DNA of 64,000 nucleotides, taken from contig CAWIGT010000009.1 in NCBI GenBank assembly GCA_963835845.1, forward strand, positions 324,949 through 388,948. The letters are read 5' to 3'. The notes below the pieces were generated by a model. The model was not told where the DNA came from and ran no database searches. It saw only the letters and a program-made list of their open reading frames with translations. Below are positions 17,051 to 25,695 of this stretch, piece after piece (position 1 is the first letter of the stretch; every line of letters begins with the position of its first letter). Source of the DNA: an uncultured Chloroflexia bacterium. Lineage in GTDB: Bacteria; Chloroflexota; Limnocylindria; Limnocylindrales; CSP1-4. The position numbers and the translations under genes are program-made.

Positions 17051-19216
17051 GTGACAGCGATCATCCGGAGAACAGGAAGCAGGCCTTCGCCGGTCCCCGG
17101 CGATGCAGCGTCCGCGTTCCCGTACATCAATCGCGAGCTCAGCTCTCTCGAGTTCAACTACCGCGTCCTGTATGAAGCGCGCGACGACCGGAATCCGCTG
17201 ATCGAGCGGGTCAAGTTCCTGGCCATCTTCGCCAGCAACATGGACGAGTTCTTCCAGATCCGGGTATCGGGCTTGATGGAGCAGGCCGAGGCGCATGCCG
17301 TGTCGGCGACGCCCGGCGAGAAGCCCCCGGCAGAGCAGCTGGCCGACATTCGAACACGCTTCCGCCAGCTGCTGGCGGAGCAGCGCGAGGTCTTCGAACA
17401 AGTCTGCGCGTCTCTCGGCGCTGCCGGCGTCGACATCGTGGACTACGCCGCGGTTCCCCAGCACCATGCCGCCATCCGCCAGCGCTTCATCGACGAGATC
17501 TACCCCGTGCTGACGCCACTTGCCGTGGACCCAGGGCATCCGTTCCCCTACATCAGCACGCTCAGCCTCTCGCTGGCGATCCGAATGGAGGATCCGGACG
17601 AGAAGGACGAGCGATTCGCCCGGGTCAAAGTACCCGAGGTCCTGCCGCGCTTCTTGCAGATTGAGCCGAGCAAGTTCGTCCTGCTGGAACAGGTCATCGC
17701 CGCGAACCTCGACATGCTCTTCTCCGGTATGACGATCCTCGAGACGCACCTCTTCCGGGTGACCCGCGACGCGGACCTGGAACTCCAGGAGGATGAGGCC
17801 GACGACCTGATGCTGGCGCTCGAAGAGGAGCTGCGGAGACGCCGGTTCGGCGAGGCCGTGCGACTCGAGGTCGACGAGGCGATGCCGGCCGAGATGCGGC
17901 AGGCCCTCGAGAAGGGAGTCGGTGTCGACCCCGACGACTGCTACGAGATACCCGGCATGCTGGACCACACCGGTTTGTGGCAGATCGCCGCGCTGGACCG
18001 GCCGGACCTCAAGCTGCCGCAGTACTCGCCGATCGTCCCGCCGCGGCTGATGCCACCCGACGAGGACGAGCCGGCCGACGTGTTCGCGGCGGTACGCAAC
18101 GGCGACATCCTGGTCCATCACCCTTACGAGAGCTTCGCCGCCTCCACGCAACGTTTCATCTCCCAGGCCGCGTCGGACCCGGAAGTCCTCTCGATCAAGA
18201 TGACGCTGTACCGGACGAGCGGCGACTCGCCGATCGTGCGCGACCTCATCGCGGCCGCGGAACGGGGCAAGCAGGTCGTGGTCCTTGTCGAGATCAAGGC
18301 CCGTTTCGACGAGGAGGCGAACATCGTCTGGGCTCGCAAGCTCGAGCAGGCCGGTGCTCACGTCGTCTACGGTCTGGTCGGGCTCAAGACGCACTCCAAG
18401 ACGGCGCTTGTCGTTCGCCGTGAAGGCTCGACACTGCGGCGTTACGTGCACATCGGCACCGGCAACTACAACTCCGGCACGGCCCGGTTGTACACCGACT
18501 TCGGGCTGCTTTCGTGCCGGCCGGAGCTGGGTGCGGACGTCAGCGACCTGTTCAACGTCTTGACCGGCCTGTCCCGGCAGCGGGATTTCCGGCGCCTGAT
18601 CGTGGCCCCGATGAACCTGCGCAACTGGATCCTGGACATGATCCAGCGGGAAACCGACCACGCCAGGTCCGGCCGGGCGGCGCACATCATCCTCAAGCTG
18701 AACTCGCTGGTGGATCCGGAGTGCATCGCCGCCCTCTACGCCGCGTGGCAGGCCGGCGTTCAGGTGGACTTGATCATCCGCGGCATCTGCTCGCTCTGGC
18801 CCGGAGTCCCCGGAGTAAGTGAAGGCATCCGCGTGCGGTCGATCGTAGGCCAGTACCTCGAGCACTCCCGGGTCTTCTCGTTCGCCAACGGCGGCCGGCC
18901 CGAGCTGTTCATCGGCTCCGCGGACTTGATGGAGCGGAACCTCGATCGCCGGGTCGAGGCCGTCGTGATCATCGAGGATCCAGAAGCGCGGGCGCGGATC
19001 GAGGCCGTGTTGGAAGTCATGCTCTCCGACGACCGGCGCTCGTGGCAGCTCGGCGCCGACGGCGTGTATCGCCGGACCGAAGAGCTGGATGACACGCCGG
19101 GTACTATCGATACGTTCGAGACGCTCAAGGAGCGGGCCGTCCAGATGGCGGCCGCGGCTGCGGTAGTCCCTCACAGACCGCACGCCGGCGCCGGCTCGCT
19201 GGACCCGAGGGCATAG
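17051..19216 (+). CDS. ppk: Polyphosphate kinase 1
   Basis: 721 aa. YINRELSSLEFNYRVL N-terminus. Two PLD-like HxK regions: VGLKTHSKTALVVR, plus the C-terminal segment GSADLMERNLDRRVE. Confidence 0.95.
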   Translation: MTAIIRRTGSRPSPVPGDAASAFPYINRELSSLEFNYRVLYEARDDRNPLIERVKFLAIFASNMDEFFQIRVSGLMEQAEAHAVSATPGEKPPAEQLADIRTRFRQLLAEQREVFEQVCASLGAAGVDIVDYAAVPQHHAAIRQRFIDEIYPVLTPLAVDPGHPFPYISTLSLSLAIRMEDPDEKDERFARVKVPEVLPRFLQIEPSKFVLLEQVIAANLDMLFSGMTILETHLFRVTRDADLELQEDEADDLMLALEEELRRRRFGEAVRLEVDEAMPAEMRQALEKGVGVDPDDCYEIPGMLDHTGLWQIAALDRPDLKLPQYSPIVPPRLMPPDEDEPADVFAAVRNGDILVHHPYESFAASTQRFISQAASDPEVLSIKMTLYRTSGDSPIVRDLIAAAERGKQVVVLVEIKARFDEEANIVWARKLEQAGAHVVYGLVGLKTHSKTALVVRREGSTLRRYVHIGTGNYNSGTARLYTDFGLLSCRPELGADVSDLFNVLTGLSRQRDFRRLIVAPMNLRNWILDMIQRETDHARSGRAAHIILKLNSLVDPECIAALYAAWQAGVQVDLIIRGICSLWPGVPGVSEGIRVRSIVGQYLEHSRVFSFANGGRPELFIGSADLMERNLDRRVEAVVIIEDPEARARIEAVLEVMLSDDRRSWQLGADGVYRRTEELDDTPGTIDTFETLKERAVQMAAAAAVVPHRPHAGAGSLDPRA

Positions 19217-19238
19217 CGGCAACGGTTTGGGGAGGCCG

Positions 19239-21086
19239 ATGGCTACAGGCCGGAAGATCGAAGTCGAGATGAAGTACGAGGTCGTGGCGCCAGGCGGCGC
19301 GGATCGCTATCTCGTCGCCCCGGAGCTGGGACCATTCCTCCCCGACGGCCAGGTGCGATCCGTTCGCGTCGAGGATCGCTACGTCGATTCGCCCGACTGG
19401 GCACTGACGCGGGCCGGCTTCGCGGCCCGATTGCGCAAGACGTCACACGGCACCGAGATCAGCCTCAAGGCGCGCAACGCGGCCGGCGGCCGCCTGCAGC
19501 GGCGCGAGGAGATAGAGGGACCGGCCGACGCGGGCCTCATCCCGGGTGACTGGTCCTCGTCCCAGGCTCGCAATGTGGTCATGGAGCTGTGCGGCGACGA
19601 AGCGCTGGTTGAACTGCTCACCATCCGGCAGTTGCGGCGCGTGCGCAACCTTCGTGCGGCATCGACGCGCGTGGAGCTCAGCCTCGACGAGGTCGAAGTG
19701 TTTGGCCACGGCCAGCTCCTGGACAGCTTCGAGGAGCTCGAGGCGGAGTTGAAACGCGGCGACGAGACTCCTCTCGCGGCCCTGGTGGCCATGTTCGACA
19801 GCGACGACAGGCTGCGGCCGATGTCGCGCTCCAAGCTCGATCGTGCGGTCAAGGCCATGCGGGGGGCCATGTCGTCGCTGCCCGAAGATCTCCAGCGACA
19901 CTGGCTGGCGGCGCCACCCGAGTTGTTCTCGGGCAGGGCCGGTGGGCATGGCGCCGCGGCGGAAGATGACATGGTCGAAGCCGACGGCAGGTCGCTCGAT
20001 GGCGCCGATCGCGAAGGCGATGAGCGAGGCGTGGCCGAGGCGACCGTTGCCGGTCCGTCCGACGCAGTCGAACCGCAGGCGGACGAGTCGGATGAGGTCG
20101 AGGCCGAGGCGGCCGAGGGCGAACCGCAACCGGAAGCCCGCCAGAAGCCGGGGCCGCGCACGCTCGGGATCCTGGCCGAGGACAGCATGCCCGAGGCCGC
20201 GCGCAAGGTCCTGGCGGTTCATTTCGCCAGGTTGAAGCGCCGCGAAGCCGGCACACGGACCGGCGTCGACGTCGAAGAACTCCACGACATGCGGGTGGCC
20301 GCGCGGCGGCTGAGAGCGGCCTGGCGGGTCTTCGACGGCGCCTTCAAAGCCGGCAAAACCAGGAAGATGCGCCGGCGCCTGGAAACGATCTCCGACCGTC
20401 TCGGCGCCGTCAGAGACCTCGACGTTCTGATCGACGGCCTCGAGGCGTTCCGTCTGGGGCTGGACGATCAGCAGGGACCCGGTTTGGAGCCGCTCCTGAG
20501 CGTATGGCGCCGCCAGCGGACCGCGGCCCGGGCGCAGCTCATCGCCGAGCTGGATTCGGACGGGTACGCGAGCTTCCTCAAGGACATGGAAGCGTTCCTG
20601 GACGCCGGGGCCAATGCGGCCGCCGCCGTGGCAACTCCCACCGCGCCTCACCGCGTTCGAGATCGGGCCGCATCGGAGACGTGGGCCGCGTACGAGGCGG
20701 TTCGCGCCTACGAGCTGGTGCTGGCCTGGGCCGACATAGAAACCCTCCACGAGCTCCGGATCGCGACCAAGTGGCTGCGCTACACGCTGGAGTTCTTCGG
20801 CGAAACACTCGGTAGAGACAGCGCCCGCCTCCTGGAGCGCGTCGTCGCGCTGCAGGACCATCTGGGCTGCCTGCACGACGCTGACGTGGCCACGAAGCTG
20901 GTGCGAGATCTGCTCGTGGCTCGAGCCGGTGAACTGTCGCAGCTGGAGACGGAGTCGATAGGCGCCTATCTGCACTCTCGAGAGCGTGAGGTAGCCCGCC
21001 GCCGGCGTACTCTCGGCCCCATCTGGCGGGCGGTCGACGGCGCCCCATTCCGGCGCGCGCTCGGCCGGGCGACGGCAGCGCTCTAA
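19239..21086 (+). CDS. CYTH-CHAD two-domain protein (triphosphate tunnel metalloenzyme domain plus polyphosphate-granule-associated CHAD domain)
   Basis: N-terminal ExExK (EVEMKYEV). C-terminal CHAD helices (HDMRVAARRLRAAWRVF, HELRIATKWLRYTLEFF). Acidic linker between the domains. GGGAGG before the ATG at 19239. Confidence 0.85.
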   Translation: MATGRKIEVEMKYEVVAPGGADRYLVAPELGPFLPDGQVRSVRVEDRYVDSPDWALTRAGFAARLRKTSHGTEISLKARNAAGGRLQRREEIEGPADAGLIPGDWSSSQARNVVMELCGDEALVELLTIRQLRRVRNLRAASTRVELSLDEVEVFGHGQLLDSFEELEAELKRGDETPLAALVAMFDSDDRLRPMSRSKLDRAVKAMRGAMSSLPEDLQRHWLAAPPELFSGRAGGHGAAAEDDMVEADGRSLDGADREGDERGVAEATVAGPSDAVEPQADESDEVEAEAAEGEPQPEARQKPGPRTLGILAEDSMPEAARKVLAVHFARLKRREAGTRTGVDVEELHDMRVAARRLRAAWRVFDGAFKAGKTRKMRRRLETISDRLGAVRDLDVLIDGLEAFRLGLDDQQGPGLEPLLSVWRRQRTAARAQLIAELDSDGYASFLKDMEAFLDAGANAAAAVATPTAPHRVRDRAASETWAAYEAVRAYELVLAWADIETLHELRIATKWLRYTLEFFGETLGRDSARLLERVVALQDHLGCLHDADVATKLVRDLLVARAGELSQLETESIGAYLHSREREVARRRRTLGPIWRAVDGAPFRRALGRATAAL

Positions 21087-21388
21087 CCCTGGGACCGTAC
21101 GAACAGCAGCGCTCCGACGCGGCCCGGACGGGCACTCCTCCGGATCCGCCCGAGCCTCCCTCCGGCAGCGTCACTCCTGACCCGCTCCAAAGGCCCTCGC
21201 TGCTTTCATAGCCGCCGACGGGACGCCTCCGGTGGACGGTACGGTGCTTGGCCGCGTCGAATTGCCCGGGGCATCGGCCTGCCAGTTCGGGGCAGTGTGT
21301 TAACCACCGGATCACGCTGCGATGACCTCGATCGGGCAGGCTCAGCGTTGCGAGCTGGATTCTCCCGCGGGCCAGCTTCTGCAGGAGC

Positions 21389-21718
21389 ATGCCGGCACTC
21401 GCCCTACTGGCCAACGCCAAACGGGACAAGGAGACCATATCGACGATGTCCGCAGTCGACACGCGGTTCGCCGCCCCGCCGGCTCTGGCCGACCGGGTCG
21501 CAATGGTCCGGGCCCAACTCGCGCCGATACGAACCCGTCGGGCTCTGCTCGATTCCTATCGGAGCGAGTCGCTCTTCAGACTGGCGGCCACATCGATCAC
21601 GCCCGGCTCGGCCGTAGACGTCCTCGATCTGGCGTACGGCATGCGCTGGGTCGAACTCGAGAACGAATTCGCCGGACGCCGATTCCCCGGCCACCTGCAC
21701 GAATGGAATGATGGATGA
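21389..21718 (+). CDS. Hypothetical protein
   Basis: High-GC3 ORF with balanced composition. The true start may be MSAVDTRF at 21446. No family recognised. Confidence 0.45.
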   Translation: MPALALLANAKRDKETISTMSAVDTRFAAPPALADRVAMVRAQLAPIRTRRALLDSYRSESLFRLAATSITPGSAVDVLDLAYGMRWVELENEFAGRRFPGHLHEWNDG

Positions 21719-21737
21719 ATGAACTCCTCGCAGCGCC

Positions 21738-21974
21738 ATGATGTCCGGGATTGCCACACGATCGATCGATCGACAGGTCGACCAGTCGACCGGCAGTGAC
21801 TACTGCTCTCGGGCGCTGGCGCTTTGGCCCCGTCTCGAGCGCCACAAACTGACTCGCATCAAGCACGACCCGGGTCGGTTGGCCGCGCTGATCGCACGTC
21901 GAACGACTCTGCCGGAAGAGGCGATCCTGGAGTTGCTGGGCGCCCCGGATTCGTCGACGCGCATTTCGGGTTGA
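21738..21974 (+). CDS. Hypothetical protein
   Basis: 78-aa ORF. The N-terminal coding region carries (CGAT)3 and a GTCGACC direct repeat. No family recognised. Confidence 0.4.
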   Translation: MMSGIATRSIDRQVDQSTGSDYCSRALALWPRLERHKLTRIKHDPGRLAALIARRTTLPEEAILELLGAPDSSTRISG

Positions 21975-22035
21975 GGACGCCGACGTCACCAATCGAAAAC
22001 CGCACCGGGCGCGGCGCGGTGGCATGATGGGCGGC

Positions 22036-22537
22036 ATGACCGCCCGTCCAGAACTGCACCTGTGTCTATCTGCGTCACGCGCATGCGGGCGACCCGATGA
22101 AGTGGCCCGGTCCCGACAGCGATAGGCCACTCTCCGAGAAGGGTCGGCTCCAGGCCGACGGAATGGGCCGCTTCCTGGCCCGGTCAGGCTTCCACCCGGA
22201 CGTCATTCTGAGCTCCCCCAAGCTCAGGGCTCTCGAAACCGCTCGGATTGTCGCCGCTCCTCTGGACATGCCAGTGGAAGTCGACGAAGCGCTCGGCGGA
22301 CCTCTCGGCTTCGGGGAGATCGAACGGATCTTGAGATCCCATGGAAATCCGGGTACGCCCTTGCTGGTCGGCCATGACCCGGACTTCAGCGAGCTTGCGG
22401 CTGCCCTCGTGGGCGCCGCCGGAGTTCCGCTCCGTAAGGGGTGTCTCGTTCGCATCGACCTGGCCGTACCGATCCGCCCCGGCCAGGGCTTGTTGCGCTG
22501 GCTGCTTCCTCCGGAGTTGCTGGGCATGGCGGATTGA
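22036..22537 (+). pseudogene. sixA: SixA-type phosphohistidine phosphatase, interrupted by an apparent 1-nt insertion near its 5' end
   Basis: The ATG at 22036 reads MTARPELHL in frame 1. The catalytic VYLRHAHAGDP (22064-22096) and the body (DSDRPLSEKG..SSPKLRALETA..VGHDP) are in frame 2. Frame 2 has no start codon upstream of the RHA motif. Confidence 0.7.
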
Positions 22538-22653
22538 TAGTTGGCTGTTACCTCTGCCGGCGATTTGTAACGATGACGTTCCTGGAGCACGCGGCCACCG
22601 TCTTTATGCTCCGTTGAGTAAGCGGCAGTAGCCACCCTGATGGGGAGGAGAAC

Positions 22654-23330
22654 ATGGCAAAGGATCCAGGCAAGAAGGCGGGCGATTTGGCCACCGAGAG
22701 CGGTGCTCGCGGGGGCGCCGGTCTCCCAAAGCCAAAGCGAATACCCCCGAGCGGGTCAAGCAACTCGAGCGAAAGCTGGCCACTGCCTCCAAGGAAGAAG
22801 CCCAGGAGGCGCGCAGGCTGGACCGGGTCCACAGGCGGCGGCAGCGGCTCGAAGCCGAGGTAGACACGATAAGGCTGGCGGTGTCGGCTCGACAAACATG
22901 GGAACTGGCTGCGAAAGAAGTCGCAAAAGCTGCCAAAGCGAAGGCCGTGAAGGTCAAGCCGGCTGGCACCAAGACCGCCCCCAAAGCCCAGGGACCCGCC
23001 AGGGCCGGCGACCATACGGCTGCTTCGACACCAGCACGGCCTGCGTCAGGTACGGCTTCGGCCGCCAAGCCCGCCTCACGCAGCACCTCGAGAACGGCAA
23101 CGTCACGCGCGGCGACGCCACGGGCAACCAGGGCGACGCCGGCAGCCAGGACGACGACCAGGCCGACGCCGAGGGCAACGCCTCGCTCCGCTCCGGCACG
23201 GCCTCGCGCGAAGTCGGTCGTGGTGGCCTCCGAGCCGGGAAAGCCAACGCCCAAAGTGGACGGGATAGAGCCCGGCACCGCGCCGGCCGACACCATCGAG
23301 GGTATGACGACTCCCGAAGCTCGCGCCTGA
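22654..23330 (+). pseudogene. Basic coiled-coil plus Lys/Ala/Pro/Thr/Arg-rich low-complexity protein, apparent -1 frame break near the 5' end
   Basis: GGGGAGGAG-aac-ATG at 22654 is in frame 1. The long coding frame (PERVKQLERKLATASKEEAQ..KAKAVKVKPAGTKTAPKAQ..) is frame 0 and has no start codon before the GTG at 22881. Confidence 0.55.
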
Positions 23331-23464
23331 CCGCCAGAATTCCACTCGGGCGGAGTCGGCCGTCGACTCGTCCGCAGCAGCCGAGCAGCCGCTCGTCAAC
23401 CGAGAGACCGCTCTCCGCTGTCGGCCGCGCGTTGGCTCCGCGCCGAGTTGTGGTGTCGAGCGCC

Positions 23465-24776
23465 TCAGCGGATTGATTCGCTGGCAGTCACTTCGCCGGA
23501 TGCAGGCGCGTCGTCGGCCGGGGCTTCGTCCTCGGCCAACATGGTTCCAGGTGGTGCCGCAACCCCACTCGAGGCGAATGGCACAGTGAAATCGGAACGT
23601 CGAGCCCGAGCCCTCCTGCGACTCGACCCAGATGCGGCCGCCGTGCGATTCGATGACGTGGCGGGCGATGGACAGGCCCAGACCGGTTCCGCCTCGACCT
23701 CTGACGCGGGCCCGGTCCACTTTGTAGAACCGCTCGAAGATGCGGGCCCGGTCCGCGGCCGGGACGCCGATGCCCGGGTCTTTGACCCAGACCTCCACGT
23801 TATCCGGGTTCTCGTGGACGCCGACGACGATCTGTCCACCGTTCGGGCTGAACTTGACGGCGTTGTGAAGCAGGTTGATGAGAACCTGGCCGAGCCGATC
23901 TTCGTCGCCGCGCACGGGGGGCACACGTTCCGGCAGATCGAGAACGATGGACAGGCCCTGCCGTTCGGCGAATAGCCGCAAGCGCTCCGTGTCGGAACGC
24001 GCAACCCGTACCAGGTCCACGTCGTCGAGGAGCAGCTGAACCGTGCCGCTCTCGATCCGAGATAGGTCGAGCAGTTCGTTGACCATCTGAATGAGGTGCC
24101 CGGTTTCGACTTCGATCTTGGCGATGCGATCGCGCAACCGTGCGGGGGCCTTCTCGGCGTCGTGGCCGGCCGTCTCGGCGAGCAGGCTGATCGTCGTCAG
24201 CGGCGTGCGGAGCTCGTGAGACAGGTTGTCGATGAACTCGGCCCTGATGCGTTGAAGGCGGCGCAATTCCGAGACGTCCTCGATCACGAGCCAGACTCCC
24301 GATACCGGTGAGCGTCGCGCGCGAACGGTTACCGTGGCGCCGGATCCCGACCGCACCGTGACTTCGCCGTTAGCGGAGCCGTAATCCATAGCCGTCCGGG
24401 CGATGCCCTCGATCCTGGCATCGATGAAGGCCTCGAGGGCCGACCGACCGACCATAGTGCCGGGTCGCCGTTCCAGCATCGCGTGGGCCGCGCCGTTGGC
24501 AAACTCGACCGTCAGATCGTCACGGAGCCGGACGACGCCGGCGGTCAGGAGTTCGGTCAGGTAACCCGTGTCATGGCTGGTCTGCTCCGCGTTCCAGCGG
24601 GCGTCTTCCGCCTCTTCGAGAGCGGCCCGAACCTTTCGCTCCACGTCTTCCGCGTCGGCCGCGTCCGTCGTCTCGCGCAGGCGTTCGAGCAGCCGGCCCC
24701 GGGCGATCGAGATCGCGAGTGCCCAGCCCAGCAAAATTGCCAGGGTTCCTATGAACAGGACCTCGACCAAATCCAT
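23465..24776 (-). CDS. Sensor histidine kinase (SenX3/PhoR-like: TM helix, PAS, HisKA, HATPase_c) with an apparent 1-nt insertion in the last ~45 codons
   Basis: H-box FIDNLSHELRTPLT, N-box LINLLHNAVKF, G-boxes DPGIGV and GTGLGLSI. After GSGSTFRF the track ORF runs 170 Arg-rich codons to 23103. Dropping one A of AAA 23589-23591 gives ..STFRFTVPFASS.. with a stop at 23465. Confidence 0.85.
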
Positions 24777-24945
24777 GTACCGAGCATCGCACAGCTGGCA
24801 ACGGTCGGCACGCCCGCCGGCACTACCTGGCGGCCCGGACCGCCGACCGCTACCCTAAAGGGTGTCGATGACTGGAAACCTGCAGCGAGCCCACCGTAGC
24901 CGGGCCGCCGGAGCGATTCATCAATTCTCTCGGAGGTTGGCCAAG

Positions 24946-25566
24946 GTGCCCTCGTTTCGCCTGATACCGCGCGAAGAACGCTTCTTCGACCTGTTCGTGG
25001 CGGATGCCGCCAACGTCCTGGACGGCGCCCGGCAGCTCGAGGCGATGCTGCGGACGTTCGACAACCCGGACAAGATGGCCAAGCGAATCCGAGAGACCGA
25101 GCATCGCGGCGACGAGATCAGCCACGACATCGGCCGACGCCTCGAATCCACCTTCGTCACGCCCTTCGACCGCGAAGAGATTCACGCCCTGATCGCCGCC
25201 CTGGACGACATCCTGGACCTGATCGAAGAGGTCGCGGACACGTTCGTGCTGTACCGCATCGACGCCCCGACCAAGATGTCGGTCAAGCAGGCCTCGCTGG
25301 TAGTCCTCGCCTGCGAGACGATCCACGAGGCGCTGAGCAACCTGCGCGGCTTCAAGGACCTGGACAAGTTCATCGTCGAAGTCCACCGCATCGAGAACGA
25401 AGGCGACAGGCTGGCCCGCTCCGCCATCGCGGCGCTTTTCGACGACGGCGCCAAGACGATCGAGGTCCTCAAGTGGAAGGACGTCTACGCTCTTCTCGAG
25501 GACACCATCGACAAATGCGAAGACGTCGCCGACCTGATCGAGCGCATCGTCGTCAAGCACGCCTAG
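24946..25566 (+). CDS. DUF47 family PhoU-like protein (usual partner of Pit transporters)
   Basis: GTG start 9 nt after GGAGG gives VPSFRLIPREERFFDLF. HRGDEISH and ENEGD motifs. Confidence 0.85.
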   Translation: MPSFRLIPREERFFDLFVADAANVLDGARQLEAMLRTFDNPDKMAKRIRETEHRGDEISHDIGRRLESTFVTPFDREEIHALIAALDDILDLIEEVADTFVLYRIDAPTKMSVKQASLVVLACETIHEALSNLRGFKDLDKFIVEVHRIENEGDRLARSAIAALFDDGAKTIEVLKWKDVYALLEDTIDKCEDVADLIERIVVKHA

Positions 25567-25645
25567 CAAAGTGACGTCCTGAGCCCGACGGCGATCGAGC
25601 CGGAGCCGCTCAAGCGCGCTTGACGGGCAGAACGGCGGTTCCAAC

Positions 25646-25674
25646 GTTCACAGCGCTCGAATACGCCGTTAACA
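25646..25674 (+). promoter_or_regulatory. Candidate Pho-box-like direct repeats GTTCACA-n15-GTTAACA (22-bp spacing) upstream of the pseudo-receiver regulator gene
   Basis: GTTCACA at 25646 and GTTAACA at 25668, 22 bp (2x11) apart. Both match TT(A/C)ACA. Confidence 0.35.
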
Positions 25675-25695
25675 CCCCGCGGCGACATTCCGCGG

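Noticed and set aside
20578-21462. 294-aa minus-strand ORF spanning the CHAD 3' end and the downstream intergenic region
   Set aside because: Most of it is antisense to the well-supported CYTH-CHAD gene. Its composition is Arg/Gly/Ser/Pro-rich and it has no ribosome-binding site.
23103-23464. The 170-codon Arg-rich C-terminal extension of the histidine-kinase ORF, overlapping the convergent gene
   Set aside because: It is explained by a 1-nt frame slip at AAA 23589-23591. The alternative frame gives a canonical kinase C-terminus that stops at 23465.
22640-23476. 278-aa plus-strand ORF in the third frame across the basic-protein locus
   Set aside because: Its composition is Gly/Arg/Gln-rich and it has no ribosome-binding site. 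The frame-0 reading gives a coherent coiled coil plus a basic tail.
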